From contig NC_016803.1 of the NCBI RefSeq assembly GCF_000189295.2, forward strand, positions 2,190,001-2,222,000: DNA of 32,000 nt, read 5' to 3'. A program made the translations under genes and the position numbers. Within the stretch, counting starts at the first letter, position 1; every line of letters starts with the position of its first letter. Under the pieces are notes generated by a model. The model worked only from the letters and a program-made list of their open reading frames with translations, had not been told where the DNA came from and ran no database searches. The stretch is from Pseudodesulfovibrio mercurii. GTDB taxonomy: Bacteria > Desulfobacterota > Desulfovibrionia > Desulfovibrionales > Desulfovibrionaceae. This document shows, in pieces, positions 1-9,224 of this stretch.

Positions 1-793
1 ATAGCTCTATCAGATTGACCGGCTTGTGGAAAAAAAGGATGTCCCAGACAAAGGAGAGGGTCGGCTGCAACAGCAGTATCAACCCGACCAGGGCCCCGCG
101 CACGGTCTGGATGCCCCGGGTGATCAGGAACCAGCCCACGGCGTGGCAGACGAGCGCCAGGGTGGAGATGGCGGCCAGGGACTTGAGCGTGGGGATGACG
201 AAGGACTCGCCCTCGAACAGGGCGAAGCCGCCGAGGATCAGGCCGGTGGCCAGGGCCGCGACCGAGGCCAGGACCAGGGAGTCCATGCGGTCCTTGGCCA
301 GGGCGTACTTGAGCGAGAGCATGTACAGGGCGTAGAAGCAGGCGGTCAGGAGCCCGTAGACCACGCCCAGCCGGTAGTCGGCGGTGAAGTGCGACCAGCC
401 CACGCCGACCATGAGGTAGAGCCCGGCCAGGGCCAGCGGGATGGCCGCGTACATGCGCCCGGACAGACGCTCCTTGAAGAACAGGGCCGAGACCACGGCC
501 AGGGGGATGACCTGGAAGTTGCCGAGCATGGTGGACAGGCCGGGTCCCACAAAGACGATGGCCCGATGCCAGAAGACGAAGTCGCCCGCGAAGAACACGG
601 CGGCCACGCAGCCCCACTTGATCACGGGCGGGGTGAACAGCCGGAGCTTGCCCGCATGGGCCAGGACCGCGAGCATGGCCAGCCCGCCGCCGGTCAGCCG
701 GTAGAACCCGGCCACGTCCGGGGGCAGCCCGGCCAGGACGACCATGACCGAGGAAAAGCTGATCAGCACCGCGCCGATGAAGAGAGCGCTCAC
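1..793 (-). CDS. DMT/EamA-family inner-membrane transporter, partial (C-terminal end runs off the window start)
   Basis: Absent from the supplied ORF track because it has no in-window stop. The minus-strand frame opens with GTG at 793-791 (GTGA overlap with the sfsA stop at 792-790). I checked positions 2-240 codon by codon and found no in-frame stop; the remainder was translated by eye and also showed none. The hand translation [23 protein letters not shown]...[26 protein letters not shown]...[25 protein letters not shown] is multi-TM and resembles EamA repeats. GC3 is high in this frame. Confidence 0.7.
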   Translation of the reverse strand, partial: MSALFIGAVLISFSSVMVVLAGLPPDVAGFYRLTGGGLAMLAVLAHAGKLRLFTPPVIKWGCVAAVFFAGDFVFWHRAIVFVGPGLSTMLGNFQVIPLAVVSALFFKERLSGRMYAAIPLALAGLYLMVGVGWSHFTADYRLGVVYGLLTACFYALYMLSLKYALAKDRMDSLVLASVAALATGLILGGFALFEGESFVIPTLKSLAAISTLALVCHAVGWFLITRGIQTVRGALVGLILLLQPTLSFVWDILFFHKPVNLIEL

Positions 794-1518
794 GGGGCCA
801 CCACCTTGAGCTTGCGCCCCAGGGTGATGCCGGTCTCGTCCACGTCGGCCACGTAGGGCCAGGCCTCCACCCCGGCGTCCAGGGCCTCGTAAAAGAGTTC
901 CGCGTAGACCGGGTCGATGAAGTCCGCCGGGCCGAAGCAGCGCCCGTCGGGCCGCTGGACCAGGAGGAACAGGGCCACGCGCGCCCCGGTCACGGCCAGG
1001 GCCATGAGTTCGCGCAGGTGCTTCTGGCCGCGCTCGGTGATCGCGTCCGGGAAGCGGGCCACGTCCTCCTCGACCAGGGTGACGTTCTTGCACTCCACCC
1101 ACAGATCGCCGCGCGTCCCGGTCAGGTGCGCGTCCAGGCGGCTCTCGCCCACCTTGGCTTCCTTCTGAAAATGCTCGTAGCCGTCCATCTCGGGCAGGGC
1201 CCCGGCCCGCCAGGCCGCATGGAGCATGCGGTTGGGCGTCAGCGTGTTCACCCCGACCATGGCCCCGGCCAGATCGAGCGCCTCCAGGGTGTACCGGAGC
1301 TTGCGGTCCGGGTTGGCCGCGGGCGAGAGCAGGGCCGTGCCGCCCGGCCGGAGCAGGCCGAGCATGGACCCGGTGTTGTTGGTGTGGGCTTTGAGGAGCG
1401 CGCCCCGGTCCGGTCCGTCCAGGGCCACGGCCTCCACGGTGAACCGCTTGATGCGGCGGACAAAGGCGGCGCGGCGGCAGGGCGCGGCAAAGGGAATGCG
1501 GGCAACGGGTCTGGGCAC
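790..1518 (-). CDS. sfsA: Sugar fermentation stimulation protein A (SfsA-family DNA-binding / nuclease-fold protein)
   Basis: 242-aa ORF with a GTG start at 1518 and GAGGAG 5 nt upstream on the minus strand. The motifs [11 protein letters not shown] and [19 protein letters not shown] match the SfsA family pattern. Confidence 0.9.
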   Translation of the reverse strand: MPRPVARIPFAAPCRRAAFVRRIKRFTVEAVALDGPDRGALLKAHTNNTGSMLGLLRPGGTALLSPAANPDRKLRYTLEALDLAGAMVGVNTLTPNRMLHAAWRAGALPEMDGYEHFQKEAKVGESRLDAHLTGTRGDLWVECKNVTLVEEDVARFPDAITERGQKHLRELMALAVTGARVALFLLVQRPDGRCFGPADFIDPVYAELFYEALDAGVEAWPYVADVDETGITLGRKLKVVAP

Positions 1519-1591
1519 GGTCTCTCCTCGGGATCAAAAGCTCTAGGCGATTTCCCGCGCTTTTGCCAGCGGAAACGCGGCCCGGTCCCGG

Positions 1592-2191
1592 CTACTCCCC
1601 GTCCCGGCGCGCCTCCAGGGCCTCGACGATCCTGTGGCCCTCGCCCTCGTACACGGCCCTGTCCGCGTCCGGCGTGGGCGCGGTCACCTCGGGCCAGACG
1701 CCGGGCTGCGGCTCCGGTCCCCTGCGGGCCTCGGCGCTCGGTTCGGAATCGACCATGACCGGGGTCCTGCGGATGTCCACGCCGGGTACCGGGGCGCTGA
1801 ACTCGATGGGTATCTCGTTGGGGTCGAAGGCGTAGATGGAGTGGATGAAGCCGTGGTCCACCACTTCGGAGCACCACACCCCGGCGGCCTCGAGCTTGTC
1901 CTTGAGCTCCCAAAGGTCGTCCTCGGCGGCCACGCCGAAGGAGATGTGGTCGAAGGCCACCTTGCCCTTGACCGGGAAGCCGTGGTCCTTCTCGTCCAGC
2001 GGCTCCACGCCGTCCCACTCGAAAAAGGCGATCATGTCGTTTTCGGCGATCTCGAAGAAGTAGTGGCGGTAGCCGGGCCTGCCCAGGCCGACCACCAGCC
2101 GCATGCCGAGCAGGTCCCGCCAGAACCGGATGGTCGCGTCCATGTCGCCGGTGACCATGGCCAGGTGGTTGATGCCGGTATATCGTGCCAT
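1592..2191 (-). CDS. VOC (glyoxalase/bleomycin-resistance/dioxygenase) family protein with a Pro/Glu-rich C-terminal extension
   Basis: 199-aa ORF with ATG at 2191 and GAGGAG 7 nt upstream. The N-terminal GINHLAMVTGDMDATIRFWRDLLGM and the later FDHISFGV, HSIYAFDPNEIPIEF are typical VOC beta-alpha-beta-beta-beta modules. Confidence 0.8.
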   Translation of the reverse strand: MARYTGINHLAMVTGDMDATIRFWRDLLGMRLVVGLGRPGYRHYFFEIAENDMIAFFEWDGVEPLDEKDHGFPVKGKVAFDHISFGVAAEDDLWELKDKLEAAGVWCSEVVDHGFIHSIYAFDPNEIPIEFSAPVPGVDIRRTPVMVDSEPSAEARRGPEPQPGVWPEVTAPTPDADRAVYEGEGHRIVEALEARRDGE

Positions 2192-2324
2192 GAGAGTTCT
2201 CCTCGCTTGGTTTCCGGGCAGGCTACCATGGCCGGGGAAGGGAGGAAAGGAGAACCGGACGCGGACGCGGCAGGGTCCGGGCCGGGCGCGAAAAAAGCCC
2301 CGGACCGGGGGCCGGGGCCTGTGT

Positions 2325-3293
2325 CTACGCCTGGACGCGCTGTCCGCGCCGCCGCATGAAGAGCGTCAGGGCCAGCAGGCCGAGCCCCATGATGACGAAG
2401 GTGCCGGGTTCGGGCACCGGCGTGGTGCTGTTGAACGGGACGTCGTGCTGCTCGATGTGCGCGTAGTAGGACTCCGCGATGAGGGTGCCGTCGATGCTGC
2501 CCCAGCCGCTGCCCTCGCCGTATGCGCCGTTCACGGAGGCGAACGGGGCCAGGATGGAGCCCTGGACGCCGACGCTGTCCAGATACAGCAGGTCGGCCTC
2601 GTAGAAATTGAACAGGACGTTCTCGCGGTAGGCCGTGAGATCTCCCATGCCTATGCCGACCAGCCCGGAGACGTCGCCGGAGACGTTGATCAGGATGGTC
2701 GATCCGTCGGCCACGCCGTCGAGGCTCAGCTCGGTGCTGCCCATGAGTTCGAGGCCGTCGAGGTTGAATACCTGCAACAGCGACGTGCCGTCGCCGGTCA
2801 AGGTCAGGACGTTCCCGCTCAGGACGTCCGTGCCGGTCGCCTCGTACCCGCCCAGAGTGACCGACAGGGCCCGGAGGTAGGCCGCCTGTTCCTCGAAATC
2901 GATGATGCCGTCGATGTCGATGCCGGAGGACAGGGTCCCGTCCACAAGGGTGAAGTTCGACGAAGCGGCGGAACCGCCCACGGCCACGTCGCCGTGTTTC
3001 ACTTCGCCGCCGTTGTAACTCGGGTCTCCGCCGTTGTACGTCAAGTCTCCGCCCACTACCAGCGAGTAGCCGGAGTAGCCGTCGGCCAGGGTATCTCCGA
3101 TGGTGTACCACTGCATGGTGGCGTTGCCCCCCACGGCCAGGCGGCCCTGGGTATCGGAGCTGCTGCTCGAGAAGTCGCCGAGAATGAACGCGTTGTACTC
3201 CCCGGCCACGCCGAGGTCGATGTATGCGGCCATGGCCGGTGCGGCCGAGAACAACAGCAGGACCAGGCAGAGGGCAGGGATATGCTTTTTCAC
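2325..3293 (-). CDS. Secreted choice-of-anchor-A domain protein with C-terminal PEP-CTERM sorting signal
   Basis: 322-aa ORF with a GTG start at 3293 and GGAG 6 nt upstream. It has a signal peptide (MKKHIPALCLVLLLFSAAPAMA/AY). The N-terminal LGVAGEYNAFILGDF...DTQGRLAVGGN matches the choice-of-anchor A signature. The C-terminus VPEPGTFVIMGLGLLALTLFMRRRG has the PEP motif, a TM helix and an Arg cluster, i.e. a PEP-CTERM signal. Confidence 0.85.
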   Translation of the reverse strand: MKKHIPALCLVLLLFSAAPAMAAYIDLGVAGEYNAFILGDFSSSSSDTQGRLAVGGNATMQWYTIGDTLADGYSGYSLVVGGDLTYNGGDPSYNGGEVKHGDVAVGGSAASSNFTLVDGTLSSGIDIDGIIDFEEQAAYLRALSVTLGGYEATGTDVLSGNVLTLTGDGTSLLQVFNLDGLELMGSTELSLDGVADGSTILINVSGDVSGLVGIGMGDLTAYRENVLFNFYEADLLYLDSVGVQGSILAPFASVNGAYGEGSGWGSIDGTLIAESYYAHIEQHDVPFNSTTPVPEPGTFVIMGLGLLALTLFMRRRGQRVQA

Positions 3294-3601
3294 AGGATGC
3301 TCCGGATGAATATGCGCAGGCCCGGGGGGCTTGAGGACGCGGTTGAATTTTGAGAATGGTTAGCAAAAAGCGTGCTCAACCACAACTGTTTGTAATAACT
3401 TATCTTAATGTTTCCCGCCATGGCGTCGCGTGTAAAGCGGTGTGGAAATCCTGTCGAATCTTTTTACAGCGCCCGTCCGAAAGACCAAACGTTTCCGGGT
3501 GTTGCCGCCGACCCGGCAAACCGCCCCGCCGGTCGCCGCATTGAGAAGGGCGGCCCATCCTCCCTTTACAAATAACGGCGAATCGGCGCACACTGCGGCC
3601 C

Positions 3602-4150
3602 ATGCCGAACGTATTGCTGCATATCTGCTGCGGACCGTGCTCCATCACCACCCTCCGGACCCTGCTGGCCGAGGGGCACGAGGTCACGGGGCTGTTCTAC
3701 AACCCGAACATCCATCCGCTCACGGAGTACGTGAAGCGGCGGGACGGCTGCCTGGCCGTGGCCGAGCGGTTGGGCGTGAAGGTCATCGTCAAGGACGACG
3801 AGTACCGGCCCCAGGAGTGGTTCCGGGCCGTGGCCCACCGCGAGAACAACCGCTGCTTCCACTGCTACGCCATGCGCCTGGAGCGCACCACGCAGATCGC
3901 CCGGCGCGGCAACTTCGACGGTTTCACCACCACCCTGCTCTACTCGAAATACCAGAAACACGACGAGATCGCGGCGCTGGGCCGGGACCTGGAGTCGGCG
4001 AAGACGAGATTCCTGTACCGCGACTTCCGCGCGGGGTGGCAGGAGGGCATCGACGTCTCCAAGGAGTGGGGTGTCTACCGCCAACAGTACTGCGGCTGCC
4101 TGTACAGCGAAAACGAGCGGTACAAGCGGGAGCTGATGAGCCGCCCATGA
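3602..4150 (+). CDS. queH: Epoxyqueuosine reductase QueH (DUF208 family)
   Basis: 182-aa ORF. The N-terminal LLHICCGPCS, the later CFHCYAMRLE and the C-terminal YCGCLYSE Cys motifs are characteristic of QueH. Confidence 0.9.
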   Translation: MPNVLLHICCGPCSITTLRTLLAEGHEVTGLFYNPNIHPLTEYVKRRDGCLAVAERLGVKVIVKDDEYRPQEWFRAVAHRENNRCFHCYAMRLERTTQIARRGNFDGFTTTLLYSKYQKHDEIAALGRDLESAKTRFLYRDFRAGWQEGIDVSKEWGVYRQQYCGCLYSENERYKRELMSRP

Positions 4151-4500
4151 CCGCCCTGCTCCGCTTCCTGTTCACGCGCGGCCACGCGCTCGCCGGCTTC
4201 CTGCTGCTCAAGGCCGTCGCCGTGGTCGTGAACGGGCTTGCTCAAGGCACGGCCGAGGTCTGGGGACTCGGCATCCTGACCCTCGTCGTCTACGGGATCA
4301 TCGCCCGCTTCGCCCAGGCAGGGCGGGTCATCTCCATCTGGGCCATCACCGTGCTCATGCTCTACGAGGCGGCCGGGGGGCTGCTCCTGGCCTGGTCGAG
4401 CCTGACCCAAGCGCCCGGCGTGGCCGCCATCGGCTTTGCCGTGGCCGCCTATCTCGTCGTCGGGGCCCTGGCGGTCCTGTCGAGCCGCCGGGAGGCGTGA
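4147..4500 (+). CDS. Small integral membrane protein (117 aa, 3-4 predicted TM helices), function unknown
   Basis: ATG at 4147 overlaps the queH stop (ATGA). The translation MTALLRFLFTRGHALAGFLLLKAVAVVVNG...VAAYLVVGALAVLSSRREA is strongly hydrophobic. Its stop at 4498-4500 overlaps the hemW start. This is the C-terminal part of track ORF 3442..4500. Confidence 0.6.
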   Translation: MTALLRFLFTRGHALAGFLLLKAVAVVVNGLAQGTAEVWGLGILTLVVYGIIARFAQAGRVISIWAITVLMLYEAAGGLLLAWSSLTQAPGVAAIGFAVAAYLVVGALAVLSSRREA

Positions 4501-5729
4501 TGGGCAAAATCTACGGCGAATACGTGCCCGCGCGCCCGGCCTTTCCCGACGCCGGGTCCGCCCCGGCGCGCATGGCGGACGACGGCAAGGGGCTGCTCCT
4601 TTACATCCACGTGCCCTTCTGCCGCTCGCGCTGCCACTACTGCTCCTTCCACTCCCAGTCCTTCGACCCGACGACCTTCGCCTGGTACCTGTCCCTGCTG
4701 CTCAGGGAGATCGAGTTGTGGGGGCGGCGGCTCCAGCGGCCCAGGCTGCGCACGGTCTATTTCGGCGGCGGCACCCCGTCCCTGATCCCCCTGGCCGGGC
4801 TGGACCGGATCATGGCCGCCCTGCGCAAGGCCTTTGTCCTCAATCCGGGCGCTGAGACGACCATCGAGGCCAACCCGGACTCGGCCCACGACGTGAGCTA
4901 TTTCCGGGGGCTCCTGTCCCTGGGCTTCAACCGCCTGTCGCTCGGCATGCAGAGCCTCAAGGACGCGGACTTGCAGGTCATGGGCCGCCCGCACTCCGTG
5001 GCCATGGCCTACCAGGCCTTCGACCAGGCGCGGCGGGCCGGGTTCGGCAACATCGGGGTGGACCTCATCTGGGGGCTGCCCGGCCAGCGGCTCAAGGTCT
5101 GGCTGGACCAGCTGCGCATCGTCTCGGAGATGCGGCCCGAGCACATCTCGGCCTACAACCTGACCCTGGAGGAGGGCACGGTCATGGCCCGGCGCTGCGG
5201 GGAGGGCGGAGACCTGGCCCTGCCGCTGGACCAGGAGCAGGGGCGCATGTTCGTGTACGGGGCCGAATACCTGGAGTCCGTGGGCTACCTGCACTACGAG
5301 GTCTCCAACTTCGCGCGCATGGGCTTCACCTCGGTGCACAATTCCGGGTACTGGGACGGGTCCGACTACCTGGGGCTCGGGCCGTCGGCCGTGTCCACCC
5401 TGGGGCGCAGGCGGTTCACGGTGCCGCGCTACATGGACGAGTACGACGCCTATGTGCGCGGCGAGCTGGTCGGCAACGACTACGAGGAACTGACCGACGA
5501 CATCCTGCTGGAGGAGATGGTCATGCTCTCCCTGCGAACGTCCAGGGGGCTGGACCTGAAGGAGTACCGCAGGCGTACGGGCCTCGACCTGGTCAAGCGC
5601 AAGGAGCAGCTCATCAGCGCCCTGCACCGCGAAAACCTGGTGCGCATCTCGGGCGGTCGGCTGCGGCTGACCAAGAACGGCATGCTCGTGTCCAACGTGA
5701 TCATCGAACGGCTGGCCTTCGGCGACTAG
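4500..5729 (+). CDS. hemW: Radical SAM heme chaperone HemW (HemN-like, oxygen-independent coproporphyrinogen oxidase family)
   Basis: It carries the radical SAM motif YIHVPFCRSRCHYCSF. ATG 4500 is preferred over GTG 4497 because GGAGG (4491-4495) lies 4 nt before the ATG. There is a TGATG stop/start overlap with the upstream gene. Confidence 0.9.
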   Translation: MGKIYGEYVPARPAFPDAGSAPARMADDGKGLLLYIHVPFCRSRCHYCSFHSQSFDPTTFAWYLSLLLREIELWGRRLQRPRLRTVYFGGGTPSLIPLAGLDRIMAALRKAFVLNPGAETTIEANPDSAHDVSYFRGLLSLGFNRLSLGMQSLKDADLQVMGRPHSVAMAYQAFDQARRAGFGNIGVDLIWGLPGQRLKVWLDQLRIVSEMRPEHISAYNLTLEEGTVMARRCGEGGDLALPLDQEQGRMFVYGAEYLESVGYLHYEVSNFARMGFTSVHNSGYWDGSDYLGLGPSAVSTLGRRRFTVPRYMDEYDAYVRGELVGNDYEELTDDILLEEMVMLSLRTSRGLDLKEYRRRTGLDLVKRKEQLISALHRENLVRISGGRLRLTKNGMLVSNVIIERLAFGD

Positions 5730-5738
5730 GGAGAAACC

Positions 5739-6890
5739 ATGCAGCGCCCCGCCTTGATCCGCATCTTTCTGGTCTTCCTGCGCCTCGGGCTGACCGCCTT
5801 CGGCGGCCCGGCCATGGTCCCGTTCATCCGGGCCAGGACCGTGGAGCGCGAAGGCTGGCTGGACGAGCCGACCTTCTCCCTGGGCATGTCCCTGACCCAG
5901 CTCCTGCCCGGCGCCACGGCCATGCAGGTGGCCGCCTACGTGGGGCTGCGGGCGCGCGGCGGGGCCGGGGCCCTGGCCGCCTACGTGGGCTTCGGCCTGC
6001 CCGCCCTGCTGCTCATGCTCGGCCTGACCGTGCTCTATTTCTCGGCCCGCGACGTGGCCGCCGTGACCGCGGCCTTCACCGGCCTGCAACTGGTCATCAC
6101 CGCCCTGATCCTGGACGCCGCCGTGAACTTCGCCCGGCGCTACCTGGACAGCCTGGCCGACAAGCTCCTGGCCTGCCTGGCGGGCGTCTGGCTCGGCCTC
6201 AGGGGCAACCCCATCCTGGCCATGGCCGTGGTCTGCGTCCTGGCCGTGTTCCTGGTCCGCGACGGGCAGTGCGGGCTGCCCGAGCCCCGCGAAGGGACCG
6301 GACGCGGTCCTCTGCGCTTCGCCGGGCTGCTCCTGGCCTCGCTCCTCGCCCTGCTGGCCGTCCTCTGGCTGGTCGCCCCCGAGCTGTTCCGGTTGGGGCT
6401 GCTCATGGTCAAGATCGACTGCTTCGCCTTCGGCGGCGGGTACGTGTCCGTGCCGCTCATGCTCCACGAGGTGGTCGAGGTGCGCGGCTGGCTGACCGAG
6501 CCCATGTTCATGGACGGCATCGCCCTGGGCCAGGTCACGCCCGGCCCCATCGTCATGACCGGGGCCTTCGTGGGCTACGCCGTGTCCGGCCTGGCCGGGG
6601 CCCTGGTGGCCGCCGTGACCGTGTTCTCGCCCTCGCTCATCGTCCTGTGCGCGGCCACGCCCTTCGCCGACCGGCTGGTCCGCTCGCCCGTGGCCCGGCG
6701 GGTGCTCAAGGGCAGCCTCATCTCCCTGGTGGGGCTGATGGCCGCCGTGGCCGTGCGCTTCGCCCTGTCCATCCACTGGACGCCGGGGCAGGCCCTCCTC
6801 GCCCTGGCCGCCTTCGCCGCCCTGCGCCTGAAGGTGGACATCCTCTGGGTGGTCCTGGCCGGGGCCGGACTCGGGGCCGTGTTGTTCTAG
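5739..6890 (+). CDS. chrA: Chromate ion transporter (CHR family, two-domain ChrA)
   Basis: 383-aa ORF with GGGAGA before the ATG. FLRLGLTAFGGPAMVPFIR is repeated in the second half as KIDCFAFGGGYVSVPLM, the signature of duplicated CHR domains. Confidence 0.9.
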   Translation: MQRPALIRIFLVFLRLGLTAFGGPAMVPFIRARTVEREGWLDEPTFSLGMSLTQLLPGATAMQVAAYVGLRARGGAGALAAYVGFGLPALLLMLGLTVLYFSARDVAAVTAAFTGLQLVITALILDAAVNFARRYLDSLADKLLACLAGVWLGLRGNPILAMAVVCVLAVFLVRDGQCGLPEPREGTGRGPLRFAGLLLASLLALLAVLWLVAPELFRLGLLMVKIDCFAFGGGYVSVPLMLHEVVEVRGWLTEPMFMDGIALGQVTPGPIVMTGAFVGYAVSGLAGALVAAVTVFSPSLIVLCAATPFADRLVRSPVARRVLKGSLISLVGLMAAVAVRFALSIHWTPGQALLALAAFAALRLKVDILWVVLAGAGLGAVLF

Positions 6891-7014
6891 CCGGAAAATC
6901 CGGCCGTATTGACAGAATCGACCGCCCCCCGTAGAGATTTTAAAGATTTTCCAGAAAAAACGCCCGGCGTGGGGCCTTTTGGTGCGCAGGTTTCGGCAAC
7001 CCGGAGGATGAGGC

Positions 7015-8649
7015 ATGATCGATCCCAGAAACGTCCCGTTCCGCTTCAAGCTCATCCTCGGCGTGGTGGTCATGGTCACCCTGACCGCCCTGATCCTGGC
7101 CGGGGGCATCCTCCTCATGCTGGACAACGCCCTGGGCGGGCTGGACCTGGACCCGGCCGTCCTGGCCGGGGTCGAGCGCCGGGTCCTGCTGGTGGCCGCG
7201 CTCATCGTGGCCGCGGGCGTGGCCGGAGCCCTGCTCGGCAGCTTCATCCTGGTGCGCATCCTGATCCGGCCCCTGCGCCAGCTCTCGGCCTATACCCTCG
7301 AGGTGGCGGCGGGCAACTACGGCGCGGCCATCGACTACCAGGCCCGCGACGCCATCGGCGAGACCATCGACGCGGTCCGGAACATGACCGTGGAGCTCAA
7401 GACCCGGCTGGGCATGTCCCAGGGGCTGCTGACCAGCCTGACCCAGCCGTGCGTGGTCGTGGACACCGACGAGGTCATCACCTTCCTGAACCAGGCCGAA
7501 CTGGACCTGCTCCAGATCGACGAGCCGCCGTCCGCATTCATCGGCATGCACATGGCCGAGTTCGTCTACGGCGACCGCTCCCGGCCGACCCTACTCGGCG
7601 AGTGCATGCGCCAGGACAAGATCATCACGGGCCAGGCCACCGAGGGCCGGGGCCGCAAGGGCCGCCCCTACCACCTGCTGGTGGACATCTCGCCCATCAA
7701 GGACCTGGACGGCAACATGATCGGGGCCTTCACCATCCTGACCGAGACCACGGAGATCAAGCGCAGCGAGACCGAGGCCCTGCACCAGCACGAGCTCATC
7801 AGTGAGGCCGCCCGCGAGGCCGAATCCATCGCCCGCGAGCTGGACGAGGCGTCCGACACCCTGGCGCGCACGGTGGACGAGGCCAGCCGAGGCTCGGACG
7901 TCCAGCGCGACCGGGCCGGGGAAACGGCCACGGCCATGGAACAGATGAACGCCACGGTGCTCGAGGTGGCCCGGAACGCCGGGGACGCCTCGAACAACGC
8001 GGACGACATGCGCGACCTGGCCGAGGAGGGGGCCGGGCTGGTCCACCAGGTGGTCGAGGCCATCCGGGGCGTGGGCGTCCGGTCCGAGGTCCTCAAGGAG
8101 TCCATGACCCGGCTGGACAAGCAGACCGAGGACATCGGCGCGATCATGCAGGTCATCGACGACATCGCGGACCAGACCAACCTGCTGGCCCTCAACGCGG
8201 CCATCGAGGCGGCCCGTGCGGGCGAGGCCGGGCGCGGCTTCGCCGTGGTGGCCGACGAGGTCCGCAAGCTGGCCGAAAAGACCATGACCGCCACCCGGGA
8301 GGTGGACCAGGCCATCGAGTCCATCCGCACCGGCACCCGCGAGAACGTCGCGGCCACGGAAGACGCCGTGGCCGCCATCCGGGAGTCCACGGACCTGGCG
8401 GGCCGGGCCGGGCAGTCCATCGAGAACATCCGGCAATCCGTCATCCTGACCGCGGACCAGGTGCGCTCCATCGCCACGGCCGCCGAGGAGCAGTCGGCCA
8501 CCAGCGAACAGGTCACCCGGGCCACCGAGGAGATCACCACCATCTCCGGCGAGACCGCCCAGGCCATGGCCGAGGCCCGCACCGACCTGAACCGCCTGTC
8601 CACCCTGGCGGGCGCCCTCAAGGAACTCATCGGCCGCATGCAGTCCTGA
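7015..8649 (+). CDS. Methyl-accepting chemotaxis protein (2 TM with a very short loop, HAMP, cytoplasmic PAS-like domain, MA signalling domain)
   Basis: 544-aa ORF with GGAGGA 6 nt upstream. It contains the highly conserved MCP hairpin [37 protein letters not shown] and a HAMP-like [19 protein letters not shown]. Confidence 0.92.
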   Translation: MIDPRNVPFRFKLILGVVVMVTLTALILAGGILLMLDNALGGLDLDPAVLAGVERRVLLVAALIVAAGVAGALLGSFILVRILIRPLRQLSAYTLEVAAGNYGAAIDYQARDAIGETIDAVRNMTVELKTRLGMSQGLLTSLTQPCVVVDTDEVITFLNQAELDLLQIDEPPSAFIGMHMAEFVYGDRSRPTLLGECMRQDKIITGQATEGRGRKGRPYHLLVDISPIKDLDGNMIGAFTILTETTEIKRSETEALHQHELISEAAREAESIARELDEASDTLARTVDEASRGSDVQRDRAGETATAMEQMNATVLEVARNAGDASNNADDMRDLAEEGAGLVHQVVEAIRGVGVRSEVLKESMTRLDKQTEDIGAIMQVIDDIADQTNLLALNAAIEAARAGEAGRGFAVVADEVRKLAEKTMTATREVDQAIESIRTGTRENVAATEDAVAAIRESTDLAGRAGQSIENIRQSVILTADQVRSIATAAEEQSATSEQVTRATEEITTISGETAQAMAEARTDLNRLSTLAGALKELIGRMQS

Positions 8650-8792
8650 CCGGGGCGCTTCGGCACGCAAGCGAACCGGCGAGGAGCCCCCGTAGGCGGC
8701 CTGCGGGCGGCTCAATGGGATTGTGGACCGCGACCCCGCGAAACGTCCAGTCTATATTTGACATTCTTCCGGAATGGCCACAGAAGTAGCCC

Positions 8793-9209
8793 ATGAAGGA
8801 TGGAAGCACCGCGCGCGGGAAGCCCGCCGACCTCGACACCCCGGTCGCCGAATGGGGCCGCATGGTGCTTCTGGCCTTCCTCTGCGTTCAGGCGATTCCC
8901 TTTTTCCTCATCTCGGCGTCATTGATCGCGGGCATCGTGTCCGTTTTCACGGCGCATCGCTGCCTGATCGCCTATTGTCTCCGCACCCGGTTCAGGCCCG
9001 GCAGACTCGTCGCCTCGGTCGACTCCGGCGTACTGCTGTTCGCGGCGCTCCATTTCTTCTTCGCCGATCTGGGAGGCAGTTGGCGGGATAACGCCCTCTC
9101 GATCCACGGGGCGATGGCGGCGGCCAACGCCCTGGTCTTTCTACGCATCGCCTTCCGCCCCATGCACGACGCCATCTTCCGGCCCCGGCGGGCGGCGGGC
9201 GGCGTCTAG
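8793..9209 (+). CDS. Small membrane protein, paralog A (function unknown)
   Basis: 138-aa ORF that is hydrophobic throughout. The C-terminal AFRPMHDAIFRPRRAAGG is shared with the next gene, and a 21-nt stretch is identical in both. The start is uncertain: by alignment with paralog B the ATG at 8862 (MVLLAFLCVQ...) is an alternative. No strong SD is present. Confidence 0.5.
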   Translation: MKDGSTARGKPADLDTPVAEWGRMVLLAFLCVQAIPFFLISASLIAGIVSVFTAHRCLIAYCLRTRFRPGRLVASVDSGVLLFAALHFFFADLGGSWRDNALSIHGAMAAANALVFLRIAFRPMHDAIFRPRRAAGGV

Positions 9210-9224
9210 GCCCCGTTACATTCC

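Noticed and set aside
26-856. 276-aa plus-strand ORF at the window start
   Set aside because: It is antisense to the much more convincing EamA-type membrane protein frame. Its product is Gly/Glu/Asp/His-rich and low-complexity.
2032-3366. 444-aa (minus) and 416-aa (plus, 2103..3353) ORFs overlapping the PEP-CTERM gene
   Set aside because: They are alternative-frame shadows. The 2325..3293 frame has a signal peptide, a domain signature and a PEP-CTERM tail, and the others have none.
3420-3601. preQ1 riboswitch upstream of queH
   Set aside because: No preQ1-I/II-like compact hairpin with an A-rich tail is seen. The region is GC-rich without the conserved core.
4449-7259. 936-aa ORF on the minus strand spanning hemW, chrA and the MCP start
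   Set aside because: It is antisense to three well-supported genes. Its translation is low-complexity (G/P/R/H/E/Q-rich) with no recognisable domain, so it is a typical high-GC shadow ORF.
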